Source: Bugula neritina (Eukaryota; Animalia; Bryozoa). From it: DNA of 12,631 nucleotides. Below are positions 8,321 to 12,631 of the stretch, one piece after another. Positions within the stretch are counted from its first letter, which is position 1. Each line of letters starts with the position of its first letter. Below the pieces are notes generated by a model. The model made no database searches, was not told where the DNA came from, and saw only the letters and a program-made list of their open reading frames with translations. Both the position numbers and the translations under genes were made by a program. The stretch is taken from NCBI GenBank assembly GCA_964035545.1, contig CAXIUT010000163.1:1-12631 (forward strand), read 5' to 3'.

Positions 8321-10325
8321 TCAAAGGACAAAGCTTTTTACTTCTTCTTTTACCTGCTGGACAGCCTGAATCGATTCATCAATATGCTTCCAATCAACAT
8401 TTTTCAATTAATTGGTTATAGCACAAAAGGCATAGATACTCATCAATCCCTGTTGCCCCAACAGTTCGATAGGAAATCTCACAGGTCCTCCCTTTTTCCA
8501 CTCATTTTTATAATAGAGTATATTAGGAATATAAGGACTACTCAACTGGTTTTTAACTCTGTTTTTATTGGCATCTATCTTCAAAAAACTAAGCTGCTCT
8601 AATCCCAAACCTAAATACTATCATAAATACCTTTATCCTGGACTGCCTTAGCAAAACCACCAACAATCGGACTGATCTTCTTGCAAGTAGGACAAAACTA
8701 AGAATACTCATAGACCAAATAATCTTTATTATTATTGATCACCTAATTCTAAAACTGAGAACCTACTATTTTCCTAATACTCCTCAAAGGATGATTCTAC
8801 TCGGACTTGTAATATCGAGGAATTTGTCCTTTGACTCCTTCGTCCAGAAATTTACTTATCAGCTCCCCGTCAATCACATTTTGTTCATACAGATAGTCCT
8901 GAGTCTGCTTTAGATAGCTATCTTCTTTGTAGCCCAACTGTTCCTTCTGCTCTTTTGTTTTTATTTAGTGCATCATTGACTACCGATCTAACTCATCCAC
9001 ATTTGATAGAGTTATTTGCCATTATTTGTTTTTCAGGTTATCATCTATTTCTGTGATAGCTTTCAGCTTCAAGGAGTAGCATATGTTGGGAAAGGCTTTA
9101 TTTCTTTTTAGCTATCCAAAAGTTTTAAGCAACTTGGCATAATCTTCCTCTGATATTTTATTTCTATCAACTCTTAGTGTACACATCCATGGGGCAGGAT
9201 TAGCCATAGCATCAAAAGTCTACAGCCCGCCCAAATAATAATTCAACAACATGTTTTTAGAATTCTTGCTAAATAAAGCTATATCCATCAACCGGTGAAA
9301 TTCAATATTTTTATTTTAGTATTCGAGATAGTAATTGGCCTCTTCGGGTGTATAAATGTTATGTTTTCTAAACAAATGAATAGAATTAGCCCTCGCACTC
9401 TCCTCCAGCAACCCCACCTCTCTACACGCACTCCTCTCAACCACAAACAACCTGATTCCACTCAACCTGTTCAATCCCATCTCCATCTAGATGTACTTGG
9501 CAGCCAGTAAACGGTTATTTATCTTCTCCTGAGGCTAGTTTTTATCATAAACATAAAGAACAGCAGATTAGTGGTCAGTCAGTTAAGCCAATTATCGTTT
9601 TACCACCTTGATATCCTAATCATGAGTTATCACATCTTTTAAATAGGTGTTAATTAGAGTAGGATACTGAAGGAAGATGTCGAAATCGATGTTGGTCATA
9701 TTTTTATCATAAGAATTCTTTAGTAAAAATATGGTTTGGTCCTTTATCTATGCTTTCAAATGCTTTTTCAATTATAATTTTGTCTACTGTTTGCTCATAT
9801 CTTTCCTGTAAACCTTTATATCAGGAAAGGATTTCTTTATTTGATTTATCTGATCGATTATTTTAGACTAAAAGTTTTAGTTATAAGGTAGATCTGACAC
9901 TATTATTACCCGCTTACTATCAAATTATATTTCTTCTATTTTGAAATCGTTCAACTCTTTCAATTGTTTAAACACTTTTCTTTCAGGTTTGCTCTCCTAT
10001 TTGACTTATTCTTTTTTAGATTAAACAATAACCTTCATATGACTATATTTACTTCATCCTATTTTGACTTGCTTTCGACCTAAACTTCTTTTTTTTATTC
10101 AATCTTATCTTACTTGAGTTAGCTTTCTTTATTTTAGACCACAGGAACAACTGGTTATGTAGGTTGAAGAAGATCTATTTGATTGTATGTTTATCTAATT
10201 AGCAAAAACAAGTACAGCTCAGGTGTATTTAACTTGTAATAGGCATAAGTAGCAGTACTAGCTAGTGATAGACCTAACAGCATCTTAACAGAGGATTTGT
10301 TCAATATCTTTTGGAATCTACTCAT
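8321..10325 (-). CDS. Thioredoxin/PDI-fold protein with CPTC active site and N-terminal basic + hydrophobic leader, ~654 aa; complement(join(8321..8610,8631..10032,10053..10325))
   Basis: ISKFLDEGVKGQIPRYYKSEENHPLRSIRKIVGSQFENEVINNNKDYLVYEYSEFCPTCKKISP..FLKIDANKN..PYIPNILYYK matches the PDI b'-x-a' pattern, with CxxC at 8683-8694. Two 20-nt introns are required. A further in-frame 21-nt intron (10195-10215) is possible. Confidence 0.85.
8611..8630 (-). other. 20-nt spliceosomal intron
   Basis: gtatttatgatagtatttag on the minus strand; removal restores the thioredoxin domain frame. Confidence 0.9.
10033..10052 (-). other. 20-nt spliceosomal intron
   Basis: gtaaatatagtcatatgaag on the minus strand; it contains an in-frame TGA. 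Confidence 0.88.
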
Positions 10326-10352
10326 TAATTTTAATTGATGTTTATATTATGA

Positions 10353-12362
10353 TCATACATCCAAATCAATTATCTAGTCCAAATTCTATTACACCTGTCT
10401 GATCTTTCCCTTAGCCTTTCTACGCTTCTTCTCTGCTTTTAACTAAGTGTTCAACAACTAACCACTCTGACCTATTCCACTCTCCACCTCTTCATTCATG
10501 TCTTCAACTATCATCTCCTACATCAGTTGCTATCCCTCTTTCTTTAAATACCTCTTATTCTTACGCTTTTTACTCACTCTTACCTATTACTATTAGCCCT
10601 CAACATCAATTATATTTTCCTACACACTGCCTTCATTGTCTTCTTATCTTTTTAAATTCTTTTTATTTTTACGTTTTTTACTCACTTTGATCTCTTCCTA
10701 TTGCTTTTCATCTTCAATATCGATAAAATCTATCTCTCCATTATCATTGTCTCCAGTTCGATTTCTATTCTTTCGTTTTTTACTTACTTTAGCTTATCCA
10801 TTATCTATTTGATCTTTATTATACTAGTCTCCATACTATCCTTTTAGTGATGTATTAGATTGATTATTAGAGTTGGTTGTATCAGGATTACCTTATCTTT
10901 AATCAAATACTAAAACAGTATCTTAACCTTTTTTATCTTTTCTATTTCTCTTTTTTTTACTCGCTTTTACTTCAGATTATTCCACATCCTAATAATCTAC
11001 TATATTAACATTTGAATTCATAAGATTCATATTCTATGGCTTTCCTAATCTATCATCTACTTTATTATCACCTAATCTATTATCACCTAATCTATTATCA
11101 CCTACTACTTTATTATTTTTATTGATTACATCTTTTTCATTATCATTATTTTGACTACTCTTTTTACCTATATTTTATTCTAAATTCTTAGTTTTTCTTG
11201 ATTTTTTGGTTCTAATAGCTGGACTAAAAGGTTCTTCATAAGAATTCTAGATCATCTCCTCGTCAAATACTATTTTAGGAGATCTATCCTTCTAAATTCC
11301 ATCTTTTTGAAATTCTTCAGTTAATTAAATACTCTTATTTCTATTCTAGTCAACATTACTATCTCCTTTAAACTTCTCAATATTTTAATGAGGAACATTT
11401 GTCAAATCTATCGTCTGATATTTTTCATTAACAGTAGGGCTTAACACCTTTTGACTTGATGATTTTCTATTTCTTACCACTCGATTCTGCTAGTTAGGAG
11501 TAGAAATATAATCAGAATCATTTATACTTCCTTAAGGTTTGTTTATATCAGTTTTTCCTTAGTTCTTTACAGTACGACCACTCATTTTGTTCTGCACAAA
11601 TATATTCTACTACTAAAATATATAATTCTCAGTTGTCTACCTCACTGCCTTCCTCACAACCACCTTATCAGGATTTATCTATCTATTTTTCTTCCTAAAA
11701 ACTTTCTTGTTGTCTGATTATCCATCCTAATTCTAAAAATACAAAGCATCTGACCTGATCTCATCAACTTCTATCGTATCTCTCTTCATTCCTCTCTCTT
11801 CCTTCCTTTCTTACTCCTCCCTGATCATTTTCTACTCCTAAACCTTTCTCTCTTGAAGATACTAATCCTTTCTCTGCATAATCTTCTTTTTCATCAATTT
11901 CTCGTACTCCCTCTAAGATTTATAGGCCTCTTAGATCTAGATCATTTCATTCCCTCCCTAGCAACATATAAACCGATACAACTCCTGACAGAAATGTTTC
12001 TCTTTCCTTTCTTCTTACTTGATCTTCTCCTCCAAAACTTCTTAAAAACTATAGCCAAAACGAATCTAACGTTACGAGTAGGTCTCATCATAATTCTAAA
12101 GAAATCGCTTGTTGCAACGTCTAAGGTTTATTTTATGTTCCCCTTCTATCTCATATAGACGATCAAATTAAAAATAATCTATAGTACGATCTACAAAACG
12201 AGAACAACCTTTCTTAACACTTTACCAACAAGTCAAATCTTAGTCTTCATCTTCAGGTGGATAGAACTACTCATCTTTCCAGGGTCGTTCCTTTTAGTTG
12301 ATCTAAATCTCCTGGGGATCTGACATATTTGATACATTTGCCTAAAGATCTCCCTTCTCCAT
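10353..12362 (-). CDS. Low-complexity K/E/N-rich protein, ~669 aa, intronless, with repeated acidic + basic (NLS-like) modules
   Basis: 670 codons with no internal TGA, from MEKGDLEANV to ..DEIIDLDV-TGA. There is a coiled-coil-like E/K stretch near the N-terminus and repeated VSKKRKN motifs in the C-terminal third. Confidence 0.85.
11063..11104. repeat. 15-nt coding tandem repeat (~2.8 copies) encoding GDNRL
   Basis: tattatcacctaatc x2 + tattatcaccta, in frame in the minus-strand CDS. Confidence 0.85.
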
Positions 12363-12528
12363 TATAATCAATATAAATATCCACTCCGAACTAAAACCGT
12401 AAAGGATAATTAAAAGTTTAGTATCATAAAATTTTATTCAGTTGAAATATAACAAATTAATATCAATATTATCAGTAGATATATCATGTTCTGACATTTC
12501 ATCCAAAATAGGTTCATATTTTATTTAT

Positions 12529-12631
12529 GGGGTTGGGGTTGGGGTTGGGGTTGGGGTTGGGGTTGGGGTTGGGGTTGGGGTTGGGGTTGGGGTTGGGTGG
12601 GGTTGGGGTTGGGGTTGGGGTTGGGGTTGGG
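12529..12631 (+). repeat. Right telomere, (GGGGTT)n with one variant GGGT unit
   Basis: 103-nt G4T2 array ending TTGGG, with an irregular unit at 12595-12598. Confidence 0.98.

Noticed and set aside
475-12158. The supplied standard-code ORF track
   Set aside because: It uses the wrong code and ignores introns. Only 2417-2629, 5523-5741, 6379-6603 and 8408-8608 are in-frame fragments of real genes; the rest are off-frame or antisense shadows.
447-12362. Pseudogenes riddled with stop codons
   Set aside because: In-frame TAA/TAG fall on conserved Glu positions and the spliced frames stay free of TGA for hundreds of codons, so this is codon reassignment rather than decay.

Overview
This is eukaryotic ciliate macronuclear DNA, not prokaryotic. 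It is capped by (CCCCAA)n at 1-75 and (GGGGTT)n at 12529-12631, and a third telomere tract lies internally at 7563-7643. The supplied standard-code ORF track is misleading: invariant residues in unrelated proteins (kinesin DLAGSER, EF-hand position 12, RIIa 'REILR') show that both TAA and TAG encode Glu and only TGA is stop (translation table 30, peritrich-type). Re-read this way, with eight tiny GTA..AG introns (seven of exactly 20 nt, one of 22 nt), the window holds seven tightly packed genes. Segment A (76-7562) has a divergent importin-alpha-like protein, a kinesin-6-like motor, a DWNN (RBBP6/Mpe1-type) + YTH (m6A reader) fusion protein and an uncharacterised protein. Segment B (7644-12528) has an RIIa + EF-hand protein, a PDI/thioredoxin-fold CPTC protein with a mitochondrial-looking leader, and a K/E-rich protein with repeated NLS-like and SIM-like modules. 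The most interesting items are the DWNN-YTH fusion, the internal telomere junction, the 20-nt introns with an invariant A at -6, and kb-sized multigene chromosomes in a probable oligohymenophorean. All gene models and domain calls were made by hand translation and motif recall, without database searches.
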